From: Octopus sinensis
Lineage: Eukaryota
DNA length: 64,000 bases
Reading direction: 5' to 3'
Assembly: GCF_006345805.1 (NCBI RefSeq)
Contig: NC_043003.1
Location: 21,824,001 to 21,888,000, forward strand
Position numbers and translations under genes: made by a program. Within the stretch, counting starts at the first letter, position 1; every line of letters begins with the position of its first letter. Positions 50,951 to 64,000 of this stretch are shown here, piece after piece. The notes below the pieces were generated by a model. That model ran no database searches. It saw nothing but the letters and a program-made list of their open reading frames with translations, and was not told the DNA's origin.

Positions 50951-52366
50951 AGCTTTGCAGCACATCTAACTGTTGGGGGCTGAAGTATCTTCTCACTCTA
51001 AAGAGACTGGCTAGTTGTCGGATGAGGTACTATGTTGAATTAAATGTAATCTAATTCCTTCAGTTCAGTGAAGGCTAGCCTAGTGCTCAACAGCAGTTTA
51101 TGTACACTATTGATTGATACATAAAAATACCTAAGGTGTAAGATTTTTTTAGCTCCGTCTTCAGTTGGGTTTAGATAAGATTAATCCTCTCTTACATAGG
51201 ACACCAGTCTGTCCCAGAATATTTAGAATCTGTTTCCTCCTAGATAAATGATGTGAAGTACATTAAATTATATTTCCTGCTTAAGGCTCATTGCTTTTAA
51301 TTTTCTCTTTCATTTCACCTCCACTGCTCTAATTTTATAATAACCTTTATTAAATTTTTGACACTTAAGGATACGTACAAATTGATTAAGCTTAGTCATA
51401 TGGGCAGATTTGGATGAGAGCATAATAAACTGATCCTCTTTCATTGTATTTTTAATCCAACTCAGCATTAGAATAACTTGTAGAGAAGTCTTAGTGTTAG
51501 GTACTTTGCTGTATATTATCCTCTTTACCTTTTTGTTTTCTCTACAGCGTCTCTTACAGAAGTTGTTTCTCTCACCATTTAATATTACTAACCTTCATAA
51601 AATAAGTAGTCCATGCATTTTTGTTTCTGCTTTTCTCTTTAGGAAAAAAATGCTGGCAGTGTTTTATGCTTTGGCCGGTACAACACAGTATCTCCAGAAA
51701 AGATATCTGTACACATAGCTTAGATAGAGCTGCAAGAAGGCACTACATAGATAATGTTTCCCTTTTTGTTTTGTGTTTGTTTTATATACTCAGGGTGGGG
51801 AGGTTATGTATTCATGATACTAAGTTCAAATCCTCAACCAGTCAAGGTGAGAATAACTAGTTCAGTGTATTGTCTAAAATTATATGATCTCTTTTGATGA
51901 TGTTGCAATAATGTGGTGGGTTTAAGGCAGCGAGAATCGTTTTATGCTCCAGCTTGATATAACAAAGCTATTTTAGTAGATCCTTAATTTTCTAAATAAA
52001 CTGAAACAAAGACAGTATATTTCAACAGAAATATGGCAACAAACGAGTTAAACTACAACCAATTGTCAGGTGAGATTCAGTCTTTATTAAAGCTTAACCA
52101 ACTCTTTTGATGCCAACCCATTCGATTCAAAGCTGCCCATTTGAAAATGTTCATATTTAAATTAAAACTACAAACGATTTTTTTATGTAAAATTCTTTTG
52201 TTATAAACACCAGTTTAATAGTGGCAGTTATTTTCAGTTATTTTACTAAATCACTTTAAATTCTTTATTTATAAAAGGAATTGAAAACACTTCAGCAATG
52301 CATTTTATTAAAAATGTAGTCAGCAAAGGGTTAAGGATTCTGTATTTTAATTTTTTTTATACTCAA

Positions 52367-52738
52367 TTAGCAGTATCGCCCGGCATTGCTCGGGTTTGTA
52401 AGGGAAATAACTATATAAGCATTTTTAGAGATGTAAAGTATAATAGCCATCTCAATATGGCTAACAACAAAGGGGGGGGTGTTACTGTAGCTTTTTATGT
52501 TCTGAGATTTAATAATAAATTTTTAGAGAGTTACTTCCCAAAAGTGCATTAAAAATGGGAAAAATTGATGGTAAATTTTTTTTAAATTGTAGACTCATCG
52601 TAGACACGCGCTAATACCCAGAAGGGCTCGATATAAATCATGACTATAAGATTAAACTGCACCGCAAAATGTGGAAGTAGTTAGGAATCTAAATCGTAGG
52701 AGACAGACAGCACACAACCTCACTTTTATATATAAAGA
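52367..52738 (-). mobile_element. Non-autonomous Helitron, relative of the 19496 copy
   Basis: Shares both terminal blocks (cagtatcgcccggc.ttgctcgggtttgtaagggaaataac and gtagactcatcgtagac...aggagacagaca) but has a different middle. Confidence 0.85.
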
Positions 52739-53156
52739 TTAGCATTCAAATTCTGTCAAATGTAATGCATATTGTTTTGAATTAATTGAGTATTATCTCA
52801 TAGCTTCAAAATTTCAATGATATAAATTTATTTTTAGAATGGGGGTGAGAGGCCAGATTTAGCCATTTTGAATACAAAACCAGTATGATATTTGGGTTGG
52901 ATGTAACTAGTTTAAATGCTAAAGGGTTAAGTGAATTGAATGGTTTTCATGTTAGTTATTAACCATGGCTTCTGTGTTTCTGTTGAGAGTACATTTTGGT
53001 AGTTGTGCTCTCAAATGGGAATTCAGTTTTAGACTGAAGTCTTACATACAAATGCCGATATTTGGCAACTGTATTGATTGATATATGTAGAATAGTTGGA
53101 AGGGTTATTGTCTCTCGCTCAAAATTTATTTCTCTTAAATCTTCACTTTTTCACAG

Positions 53157-53389
53157 ACATGGCAGGAAATATTGGTTATGAAGATGGACACCCCAACATA
53201 AATTCAATTGGGCATGCTAAACCACCATTAAGACGTCAGCCTTCGTATTATACTCCAGACATGGAAGATCGGATGCGACGACGTTTGAAGTTCCATTTTA
53301 TGGACCCCATAGAAAAATTAAAAGCCAAAAAACGAATACCATGGAAGATGTTGTTACAAGTGGTGAAAATTATTTTGGTAACAATACAG
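53157..53389 (+). CDS. MCOLN: Mucolipin/TRPML channel, first visible coding exon (ATG at 53159; N-terminal polybasic region and start of S1)
   Basis: Acceptor ttttcacag|AC ATG and donor CAG|gtaagt (phase 0). Translation ...RMRRRLKFHFMDPIEKLKAKKRIPWKMLLQVVKIILVTIQ matches the mucolipin signature RRRLKxFFMxPxxKxxAxxRxPxKLxLQxxKIxxVTxQ. Confidence 0.95.
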
Positions 53390-53906
53390 GTAAGTTTACT
53401 CCCAATTATACATAAGCATGGGCAAGGCTATGTGATTAAGAGGCTCACTTTGTAACTACCTGGTTTTGGGTTCAGTCCCGCCTTCAGCAAGTGTCTTTTA
53501 CTATACCCCTGGGGTGACCAATGCTTTGTGAATGAATTTGTTAAATGGAAAATGTGTAAAAGTCTGTTGTGGGAGTTTCTTTTTGCCAAAGCTTGACAAC
53601 TGAGGTTGGTTTGTTTACATCCTCATAATTTAGCAGTTTGGTAAAAGAAACTGACAGAATTAATTCCAGGCTTAACAAATAAGTACTGAGATTGATCTGT
53701 TTGACCAACCAACTTCAAGACAGTGCTCCAGCATAGCCACAGTCCGATGACTGAAATAAGTAAAAGACAAAAGAAAGATATTCTTATTTAATGTCACTTG
53801 CATTTTTATGTCAGTTTCTCCACTTTTAGCATAAGTTGGACAGGAATCTTTTGAGCCAGTGATTCCCAATCATCTGCCTCTTTTGATCATAGGTTTGTTT
53901 CATCAG

Positions 53907-54288
53907 CGTTGTAGTTGTTGAGCGAACAGTCTTCGTCTCAGAGCTCGCAAGATGGGAGAAGTCCGAAACGTGGTCCTTTGCTATTCGTAAGACCCGCAGA
54001 AGAGAAAACAGGTCAACCCCCGACACCGAGAACATCGACAGATGTATGAATGCGCATTCAGGCTCAGCGGTTGCGTAGGAAGTCGGGGACAAGAAACAGG
54101 AAGAAAGCGTGAGAGAAAGTTGGGGCGAAAGAGTACAACAGGGGTCGCCACCACCCCCTGCTGGAGCCTCGTGGAGCTTTAGGTGTTTTTGCTCAATAAA
54201 CACACACAACTCCCAGTCTGGGAATCGAAACTGCGATCCTCTGACCGCGAGTTCGCTGCCCTAACCACTGGGCCATTGCGCCTCCACT
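53907..54288 (-). mobile_element. tRNA-derived SINE family A (tail type 3), with TSD
   Basis: Head nearly identical to the 9847 copy. 9-bp TSD tttcatcag at 53898-53906 and 54289-54297. (CAA)-like tail. Confidence 0.9.
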
Positions 54289-55031
54289 TTTCATCAGGGT
54301 TGATCTGGGATTAAACAACAGAATCAAAGACAATGAGCCAGCATGGGATCCTGTGTCTGATAATTCAAACTGCTAGAAGTAGCAGTGCAGCCAAATTTCT
54401 TTTGATTTACATTCCACTGCCTTAACAATCAAAGGATTACATTGGATAAGATAGTATTGAGGTTGGAAATTCTCTCCTTGAAGATCTGCTAATTTAAGAT
54501 CAGATTTTAAGATCAACAGTAAGCTGTTGCTGCTACTGTTGTCACTGTTATCAATGCCCTTGTCATCTTATCTCTTTGGTTTATCAGAAAATTATGTTAC
54601 TAATTCTCAATAAGATGAGCAAATTTAAGACCATCTTTATGTGGAGGGACTGGGGCGAAGGTGAGGCAGTGTGGTTAAGATGTTCGCTCCCTAATGATAT
54701 AGTTTTGGATTCAGTCCCACTGTATGGAATCTTGGGCTTCTCCTAAAGTGCTTTCTACTATAAAGCTTTAGACCAACAAAAGCCTTGTTTGTGGATATAA
54801 TTGACAGAAACTGAATGAAGCCTTTCATCATATGTGTTACTCCTTGACACTTGCATAATAGTTGTAAAAGTATCACCATGATACAAGTGGAGTTCTTCAT
54901 TTCCAGTCGTCTGTGAAAATATGTTTGGTGATGGGGAAACATTAATCCTACTTGGAAACCGGTAAAGGTTGATGACTTCAATAAGTTACATCTGACCCAT
55001 ACAAGCATGAAAAAGTGGATATTAAAAGGAT

Positions 55032-55097
<66 letters not shown>

Positions 55098-56843
55098 TTT
55101 AATGATTTCAATAATTTATATTAAGATTTTTATAATTATCTTCTTATCTTATATGTATTGAATTATAATGTATATATGTATGTTATTAAGGTTCTCATTT
55201 TTGTAAATGAATAAATAAGTCAACATTCTAATATCCGAAAGCTGATGAACCAACTAAATTGTTTCTCCATTTTCTTATTTGTATTATAAATTAATGGTAA
55301 AATATTTCTTTACCTTCACCCATTAATACAATAAGTAAGTTAATTGCGTTGCAATTAAAAACACTTGTGTATTCAGAATTTGGGTATTATACCAACAGTA
55401 TATTGGATCAGTATTATCCCTTAGTGGGTTGGATCCATAACCCCTAACTTACTTGGTATATATTTTTATATACATATACATAAACACACATCTCTTAATG
55501 TAAATAAATTGGAATTAAATTTGTAAAAGTAATTAGTGTAAATGCTACTGAGCTTTGACTAAGCAAAACACAATATTATTTTTCCTGGATGTTATTTTCT
55601 ATGAAATTTTTTTTCTATGTTAATTTACTTCATCAACATTGAAGTTGAGGGTTCCCCTAGTGACGTTTGAACTAGAATCAGACTGAATTAGGTGGCTGCT
55701 GAAAAACATCTGGTCTCTGTCTGTCTCAACATGGAAGATATTTTAAAACCACTTCAAGTGTGTGTTAAAGAGAGAGATACAAGTTGGTTGTAGTGAAGGT
55801 GTCCTCCAAAATAAATGGGGGTGGTTGCTGTTTAAACCCAGATTCATCTGGGTTGAACTGAACTATGACTGAAGACCTTCCAGCCTTAACCATCTTGTCT
55901 ATTTTCAGGCATGATCTAGTCTAGATACCCTGGACTAGTTTAATTATCAAATGCATCTCTGCTGTGATGTTGTGGATGGTTTGGTTGCTAATTGTAACAA
56001 GTGTAGGAAGCACACAGAAATTGTCAGTTTTCATTTCACAAATGCTTATCGTATGTGCTAATAGAAAACTAGTGTTTTGACAAAATTCTGTTGTAAAACT
56101 AATTATTTCAAGCTAAACTACTAACTACTTAGAAAATAGCTTCCACCAATTACTCCTTCATATTTTTATAACATCCTGCATCAGCCAATGGTGGTACCTC
56201 TATGTAGTCACTGACCTGCTAGAAATGGCAACCAAACTTCTCATGTGATACACTAGCATCTTGAAAATGTAAGGAGACCTATAAATCCAGGATTATGTAG
56301 TCCTGAATATATTAGATTTCAAACAAAAGTCAGATGGTCTGGGGCTAAACAAAAATATTTATATTCAGATCTCTGTTTTCATTATCAAAGCTGTACGATA
56401 TTAAAATAAATTTCTGCTCTTCTGCCTTTTATTTACCAGAAGGCTGGAGTCATTCAACTTAAATCACATGACAAAATTGTAATGTTGTAATGATTGAATA
56501 GATAACAGATGGTTGAGGAAGCTATCTGCTATATACTAGTTTTATCCTGGGAGATCTTTGTCCCTAAAACCACTCTACATTACAGAACTTTGAGCTGAGT
56601 ACCAAACACAGTACAATTTGTTGAGAGCCAATGAGGTACCTGCTGTGCTTGGCACACTAGAAAGAACAACCAAATCTCCCTCAAATCACATGTCTTGAAG
56701 TAGGATTGATAATAGAGAAATGTTACTTGACTTGGAAATGGGTGAGGGTTGGCAGCAGGAAGGGCATCCAGCCATGGGGAATCTACCTCAGTGAATTCTG
56801 CCTGACCCATGCAAGCATGGAAAATTGGACAGCATTAGGATAG

Positions 56844-56876
<33 letters not shown>

Positions 56877-57966
56877 GCACCATTGTCTGAGAAGATTGAA
56901 TATTATTGCTGAAAGCCATCTGTTCAGTCAGGGATGACTTGATAAAGCTGTAAAACATTTGATCTAGCCTATGTCTTTTTTTTTTATTTTAAGGTATTTC
57001 AATGCTATTTGAGAGAGAGAGGGAGAGGAAAAGGTTGTTATTTTGAAAAAGCTAATGCTTAAGTCTTCGTTTAACTCCAGGTCAGCAGCAACTCTAGGAT
57101 TCAAATTGTATCTAATATTGTTGTTGCTACTATTTTTCAATGACCGGTGTCATACAACTGGCACCCATGCCAGTGGCATGTAATAAACACCTTTTGAGTG
57201 TTGGGCCTCACAGAGGCTATGACAAATGACCGAAACCTTTAGCAATGTGCTGTGCTTGAAGACCCGTCAAGCCAAGTGAAATTGTAGTCATGACACCATT
57301 TATATTCACCTAGAAACCATGCCAAATCAGACTGGAGTCTGGTGGAGCCACTCAGCTTACCAGCCCAAGTCAAACCATCCAACCCATGCCAGCATGAACA
57401 ACACACACTAAATGATGATGATGATGGAAAAATGGACATAAAACTAGTAAGAGTGTGTGTGTGCATGCGTGCTCATACATTCACATACTTGACTGCGGTA
57501 AGAAGTTTCTTCCCAACCACATGGTTTCAGGTTCAGTTTCACTGCATGGCACCTTGGTCAAGTATCTTCTGTTTGTTGCCCTCAGCCAATGAAAGCCTTG
57601 TGACTGGATTTGGTGAACAGTAACTGAAAGAATCCCATTATAGGTGTGTGTCTGTATTGCTGTCTCCAAGCCTTGACATCTCATAGTTGTAAATGAGTAA
57701 GATGTGTCCTTCATTTCCAACCTCCTGTGGAAACATGTCTGATCATGATGGAAAATATTACCTCACAAGGTAACAGGTGAGGGTTGGTGTGATGTAGTGC
57801 ATCGGGCCATAGAAAACCTACTCTGACAAATTCCATCTGATCCATGGGAAAATGGATGTTGAAATATTAATTTCATGTAGTGTTGTGTTTTTAATTTTGT
57901 GCATTGTTTTGAAGATGGTTATGATAACTTACCTTCTGTTTTTTTTTTTGAAATTTTTGTTTCCAG

Positions 57967-58158
57967 TTGTGCATTTTTGGTTTGGAACGAGGAAATTTTG
58001 TGGACTATGTTGAGAAAAATACAATATCATTGAAGCACCTATTTCTGAAAGACTGGGAAGCTGCCTATGAAACCCTTCCTTACCCGCCTGCAACTGGCAC
58101 ATATGCTGTCTACGAGATCAGTTCTGTTTTTGAACATATTGATTTTGTATCAAATCAG
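57967..58158 (+). CDS. MCOLN: Mucolipin coding exon (end of S1, start of luminal domain)
   Basis: ttccag|TTG...CAG|gtaagt, 192 nt, phase 0/0. Translation LCIFGLERGNFVDYVEKNTISLKHLFLKDWEAAYETLPYPPATGTYAVYEISSVFEHIDFVSNQ matches the mucolipin LxxFG...NTxxxxHLFL motif. Confidence 0.95.
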
Positions 58159-58599
58159 GTAAGTTACTAATTTGCGTGTTAGAGAGAGAGAGAATGTAAT
58201 ATTTGTAATGCCTTGGGAAAGTATCTCCTGCTATAATCCCAAATCAACCAAACCTTTGTGAATAGATGTGGTAGATGGAAATGGATAGAAGCCCATTGTG
58301 TGTAATACCCTTTAACATCCATTTTCCACGCTGGCATGGGTTAGACGGTTTGACCAGAGCTGCACCAGGCTCCTGTTGGTTGTTTTGGCTTGGTTTCTAT
58401 GACCTGGATGCTCTTCCTAACACCAATCACTTTTACTGAACATACTGGGTGCCTTTGGCGTTAGGAAGGGCATCCAGCGGTAGAAACTCTGCCAGATCAG
58501 ATTGGAGTCTGGTTTGCCAGACCTCAGTCAAATCGTCCAACCCATGCTAGCATGGAAAGCGGACGTTAAATGATGATATATATATATATATATATCACA

Positions 58600-58908
58600 T
58601 GTGAAGGTGCGTGGCTTGGTGGTTAGGGCATTCGGGTCATGTATTCGATTGCCAGCGACGTGTTGTGTCCTTGAGCAAGAAACTTTATTTCATGTTTCTC
58701 CAGTCCACTCAGCTGGCAAAAATGAGTTGTACTTGTATTTCAAAGGGCCAGCCTTGTCACACTCTGTCACACTGAATCTCCCTGAGAACTACATTAAGGG
58801 TACACGTGTCTGTGGATTGCTCAGTCACTTGCACGTTAATTTCACGAGCAGGCTGTTCAGTTGATCTAATCAGCTGGGACCCTCATCGTCGTAACCGACT
58901 GAGTGCTC
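58600..58908 (+). mobile_element. SINE with tail type 1 but a different head/core
   Basis: 58735-58908 matches 2880-3052. The upstream part carries gtgtccttgagcaaga..ctttatttca and differs from family A. Confidence 0.8.
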
Positions 58909-60467
58909 CTTATATATATATATATATAATATGGAGGGATAGGTATGTCTCTCTGGCTTGACATCATATGATGCGTGTAAATGAGAATTGTCCAATCACA
59001 GGGTAACATTACCTTGCTTGGAAACAGATGAGGGTTGGCAACGGGAAGGGTATCCAGCCATAGAAAATCTACCACCAAGAAATTTCATCTGACACATGCA
59101 AACCTGGCAAAGTAAATGTTATGATAATGAGAATTTGTGTTATTAGATTTGTGTATATTAGAAAATTATCTAACAAGAATGATAATACAATTAACTCTTT
59201 AATAAGTGTTTAATTACCACCTCAACTGCCTGTATCCAAACAAACTTTTACTGAGTCACTGTAGGTTGCATTGATTCAATACTTTTTGTGTCACTGTCTG
59301 TTTCTCTTTGTCTCTTCATGCTCCCTGCCAGTTTTACAGACATCAGTGATCATGAACCTCCATACCAAAGCCTGAAAACTCCTGAATATTTTTTGGAAAG
59401 ATAAAGCAGTGGTTTCCTATTGCCTTCTGTTAGTGTATTCAGTTTACTCTGGTATATTCTGCTGTTCTCCCAAGCTTAACTTTTGAAGCATAGGGCATAT
59501 TTAACCTTTAGGCAGAGGGATTAGTTCTGGTTTCATCAGGGCATGCCCACACACCATTAAGCCAGAGCAGATCTGAAAGTAGTGTTCACCATCATCAGAA
59601 CCAAAAATTTCAAAGCCACCAGAAAAGAAAAAGAAGAAATCAGACAAATGGAGAGAAAGGCTTGACAAAATCAGCCTTGTCCTTTACCGATATTACCATG
59701 CAATCAATGCCATTGATTCTACTATGCAAGAATTGGTCTAGTCATCAACTTCCATAAAGGAAGTATTCAGCAAAGAAAATAAATTCTTGAATATGACTAT
59801 GGAAAGTCACTAAGGTGTGACTCCATATTCTACAAACCTCTTAGATTTCCAAGCTAGAACCTGACCACCTGATGAAGTTTATTGCCTTGCCTATGATGTT
59901 TGCATTTTTATCTTACCTTAATTCTTAATTATGATATCTAATTACTCTTCAATGTCATGTTATTTACTAGTTTCAATCCTTCAGTTGTGGTTTTGTTGGA
60001 TCACTGTTTTTAAGGGATTTTTCTCAATTATATCAGCCCCAGTTCTTAGTCTGGCACTTCAATCATCTGTTTATTGAATGGTTAAACCTTCCTTTGACAT
60101 AAAGGGACTATTTTGTTTGACATACCAAATTACAAATGATATATCATCATTGTTTAACGCTTGTTTTCCATGATAGCATGGGTTGGATGATTTGACCGGG
60201 GTCTGGGAAGCCAGGAGGCTGCACCAGGCTCCAGTCTGATCTGGCAGTGTTTCTACAGCTGGATGCCCTTCCTAATGCCAACCACTCCATGAGTGTAGTG
60301 GGTGCTTTTTACGTGCCACTGGCACACGGGCCAAAGGAGGCTGGCAACAGCCACGATCAGCTGGTGCTTTTTACGTGCCACCGGCATGGGTGTCACAACT
60401 ACAATCTCCATTTGATTTTGATATTGATGTACTTGACTCAATAGGTCTCCTCAAGCACAGCAGGTCA

Positions 60468-60504
<37 letters not shown>

Positions 60505-60660
60505 CTGTGAGCTGCTTTTTCTAGCAAGTTATTTGATCATATAGAAGCTTTATCATTACCTAAGTGTCTGATACATAATATACTGCTGTTCAGCAAGTAA
60601 TGTAGAATTAAACTGTGATTAACACATCAATAAACTTTTTATTTTTATCTTTTATTACAG

Positions 60661-60814
60661 TACAGTAAAATGAATCGCATAGCAATTGGAGGATACCATT
60701 TCTGGCACCACAATGCTTCTGCAATTCCAACTGTTTCAATGTGCAAAACTAATTATTATTCTGGATCTTATTTTCCTAACGGAACATTTATTTTCAACCC
60801 AAGATTAATTCGCA
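60661..60814 (+). CDS. MCOLN: Mucolipin coding exon (luminal domain)
   Basis: ttattacag|TAC...CGC A|gtaagt, 154 nt, phase 0/1. Translation YSKMNRIAIGGYHFWHHNASAIPTVSMCKTNYYSGSYFPNGTFIFNPRLIR. Confidence 0.92.
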
Positions 60815-62324
60815 GTAAGTATTTCATCAGAATTACCTTTCATTTTTTTTTACTTTTCCTGTTTTTTAAAAATATATGTATTTTTTTTTTCTCATATCTT
60901 TTCTCTTATGTAGATTCAGGTGTTGCTGTGTGGTTAAATTTGCTTTCCAACTGCACCTTCTTGACTTACGAGCAAGTTCTGTTCCAACTGACAGGTCATA
61001 AGTTAATCTGGTCATATGTTGGGTAGCTGATGCTTGACAGCAACTGAGTGAGGCAGTGACAGGCAGTGGATACCTGGGTCTGAGGGAGGCCTGCATTGTC
61101 AGATGCTGCCATAGTTATCATACACACAGTCCAATACCCAATGTCCAAAAATCATTAAACTTACTTTAAACTTTATCTATTTTTGTGGTCGTAAGTGTGG
61201 ATGGTCATCAGTTGCATAGGTCGTAAACCAAGGTGTGCAAAGTTTCAGGTTCAGTCCCACTGTGTGACACCTTGGCCAAATGTCTTCTGTAGCCGGAGGC
61301 TGATCAAAACCTTATGAGTGGATTTGGTGGATGAAAACTGAATGAAGCCTCTGTGTATGTGTTCTTTGTGTCTTTGTCATGACATCATGTAATGTGTGTC
61401 ACTGTCACACAAGCAGTGTAATTTTTTTTTTCCCAATATTTTGCAAAAACCTGTCTGGCCATGAGGAAATATTACCTTGCTTGTAAACGAGTAAAGGTTG
61501 GTGACAGGAAGGGCATCTCCTTCTAGAAAAGCTGCCTGGACAGATTCTGTGTGACCCATGTAAGCATGGGAAGTGGATGTTAAACAATGAGTGATGAGTA
61601 AACTTGCAGTGATGCAGAAAGTTCTGGATTAATCTGTTTACAAATTATCTTCAGACAATATTTAAATTTAAATAAGCATTCCCTGCTATTGCAATTGAAC
61701 ATATAAGATCATAGCCTAGTAAGCTAAATCTATCTTCCAAAAATATCAACTGCTTGTGACTTATGCCCTCCTACTCTGTAAAGGCTTTTAGTAATTTCTG
61801 TGATTTTACAATTTAAAACAAATTATTCCCTGTATGATATTGTACATCTACTTAGTGATTTTCTTACAACTACTTCAGCAAGTATTTGAGAAATCTATGC
61901 TTCACAGAGGAGGTCTAATAAGATTGAAACATGTTGAAAGTTGTCTCCCATATTTTCCATACTTGCCTGAATGATTAATGTAATATTGTATAATATTGGC
62001 CATTGAGCTAATATTTGCTTTTCCTCGCCACATTATAGCCTCAGGCCAACCATTATTTTTCATCAGCTTTTGATAATCACTGTATTAAATATATTAATAC
62101 CATCACCTGGCACCTTGGGTGCTTTTAGCATTGTCCACTTTGTTGCAGGCATTTGTCTAGGTTTTTGGTTTAATGATACCTTCTTCCTGCCATGTCTCTG
62201 GTATATTCTTCAATTCATGGGCAATCTTGATTTAATGAGAAACAATGGATGGATTTTTTTTCTTTATATGACTGACACCTCAAAGTAATTTCCCTCTGAT
62301 TATACTTATCTTCTTTATTTTCAG

Positions 62325-62424
62325 CATGTGCTAATGTAACACAAGTTGATTTTGGAAATGGAACAGTGAAGTTTGATTTTAAAGAATTTCTGAAACGAAA
62401 GAAGATTCGTTTAAGCTTGGATCG
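62325..62424 (+). CDS. MCOLN: Mucolipin coding exon (luminal domain)
   Basis: ttttcag|CA...CG|gtgagg, 100 nt, phase 1/2, in frame with both neighbours. Translation (T)CANVTQVDFGNGTVKFDFKEFLKRKKIRLSLD(R). Not in the ORF track. Confidence 0.88.
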
Positions 62425-63111
62425 GTGAGGTTCCTTCTTTTTGAAAATATATATATATAAAAAAAAATTCTAAACAAAAATTTTATTTTAACCATCTACA
62501 TATATATAATGCACTGGTGCCACATAAAAAGCGCTTGGTTCACTCTGCAGACAGTGAAGCATGGTGCAGTCTTCTACCTGGCCAGCTCCTGTCAAACTAT
62601 TCAACCCGTGCCAGCATGGAAAGTGGACATTAAATGATGATACATGAAATCTGTTCTTGCTAGTCTGATTCAGACTCAAGTTCCTTTGGTGCACCTCTTA
62701 TATTAATCGATCTTTATGGAAATGTGCTTCCATCAGAAATATGCCAAAGTTCAGGCATGGCCATATGTTTAAGTGGCATTCAGTGGGACTGAACTCAAAA
62801 TCACATGGTTACAAAGCAAATTTCTTAACCATTCAGCCATAAGTTTACTGTCACTGGTTTCAGTCTTTGGACTGTGACCATGCTCGGTCACCACCTTGCC
62901 ACAGACTTCAAAAAAACCACTTGCTTGGACAGTTCTTTTACGTTAATGTTTAAATGTATAGGAATCTTCTCTTTCATCGTAACTGAGGAAAATGGTATAA
63001 AGATAGAGAAAATAGTTTGATGCTTTTTCTCTTTTTATATTTTGCATATTTTTCAATGTAATAAACTGACTGACTTTGTATTTTACTTATAACTGTCATT
63101 TTGTTCTCTAG

Positions 63112-63208
63112 ATTATTGAAAATTGAACTCAACTTCTTGGTGCATACAGTGCGTCTTGAGCTAGATGTTCCTCACCGATGTCCTATCTGTTTCCTGATGA
63201 ATGTTTCA
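63112..63208 (+). CDS. MCOLN: Mucolipin coding exon (luminal domain); gene continues beyond window
   Basis: ttctctag|A...TCA|gtgagt, 97 nt, phase 2/0. Translation (R)LLKIELNFLVHTVRLELDVPHRCPICFLMNVS aligns with the mucolipin LxxxxIxFxLKTIxL...PDCYxFxV segment. Confidence 0.88.
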
Positions 63209-64000
63209 GTGAGTTATCGTTTTAATTTATTCATGTTCACATATATTATGTTATAAAATGTTTTGGTACTATTTTTCATCAATTTTCCAGTTTGTTTCCC
63301 TGGCCACTACGTGATACCTTGGGCAAGTGTCTTCTATTATTATAGCTCCAGGCCAACCTAAACCTTGTGAGTGGATTTGGTAGATGGAAACTGGAAGAAA
63401 TCCATCGTGTGTGCATGTGTGAGATTTGCCACTGCATGATAGTTGTAAACAGCATCAGTAATACAATCAGTGCCCGTGCTCAGTCACAGCCAACTTGGGG
63501 CTAAACAATAGCAGCAACCCTGGCTGACCAGACAAAAGCAATTGGGGTTTTACACACATACACACATGCTCTTTATCCAGCTGTATAACCATAAATTCTT
63601 TGTAGATACAAAAGTGATTGTTGAAAGTTTGCTCCATGAATTATCTGCTTTCAGTTTCATTTTAAATATCCAATATTTTATAAATACATTCCTGTTCTAT
63701 ATTTCCATTGTTTACATGTTAAGTACTCTATTGTGAATTGTTGCTGTGTGAGTGCATTCACCTATAAGTAGAAGTCATAAATTTCCCCACTTAACCCTTT
63801 AGTGTTTAAACTGGCCATATCCGGCCGAAGTTTTCTACCTATTTTATGTTTAAACTGACCAGATCAGGGCTCTCACACCTAACCTACATTGACATTATAA
63901 AAATAAACAATCACATCATTGAAACCTCAAAACTATAAGATAATACATGATTAATTAAAAACAATTTGAGTAAAAAAATATTACATTTAACAGAGTAATC

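Noticed and set aside
53096-53455. 119-aa single-exon ORF in the track
   Set aside because: Only 53157-53389 is exon. The flanks are intron read-through past clear splice sites; the same applies to the ORF ends at 58170 and 61026.

Overview
AT-rich, repeat-dense eukaryotic genomic DNA. The SINE, microsatellite and transposon repertoire resembles a coleoid cephalopod such as Octopus (an inference, not proven). The only well-supported host gene is a mucolipin/TRPML cation channel on the + strand. Five phase-consistent coding exons (53157-63208) are visible and the gene continues past the window end. A by-eye drop in CpG content at about 28.5 kb suggests its transcription unit starts near 28 kb, with a very long first intron. 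The rest is layered mobile DNA: several tRNA-derived SINE families, RTE/CRE/CR1 LINE relics, a fully bounded Merlin element, a MULE-like foldback with a 9-bp TSD, mariner relics, Helitrons, a Helentron/DINE-1-like element, piggyBac and hAT MITEs, and several long palindromes. Most of the short ORFs in the track are artefacts of repeats. The most notable leads are a tRNA-headed SINE whose tail holds a minimal hammerhead-ribozyme-like motif, one SINE head joined to three different tails, and long hairpins in the presumed mucolipin pre-mRNA.
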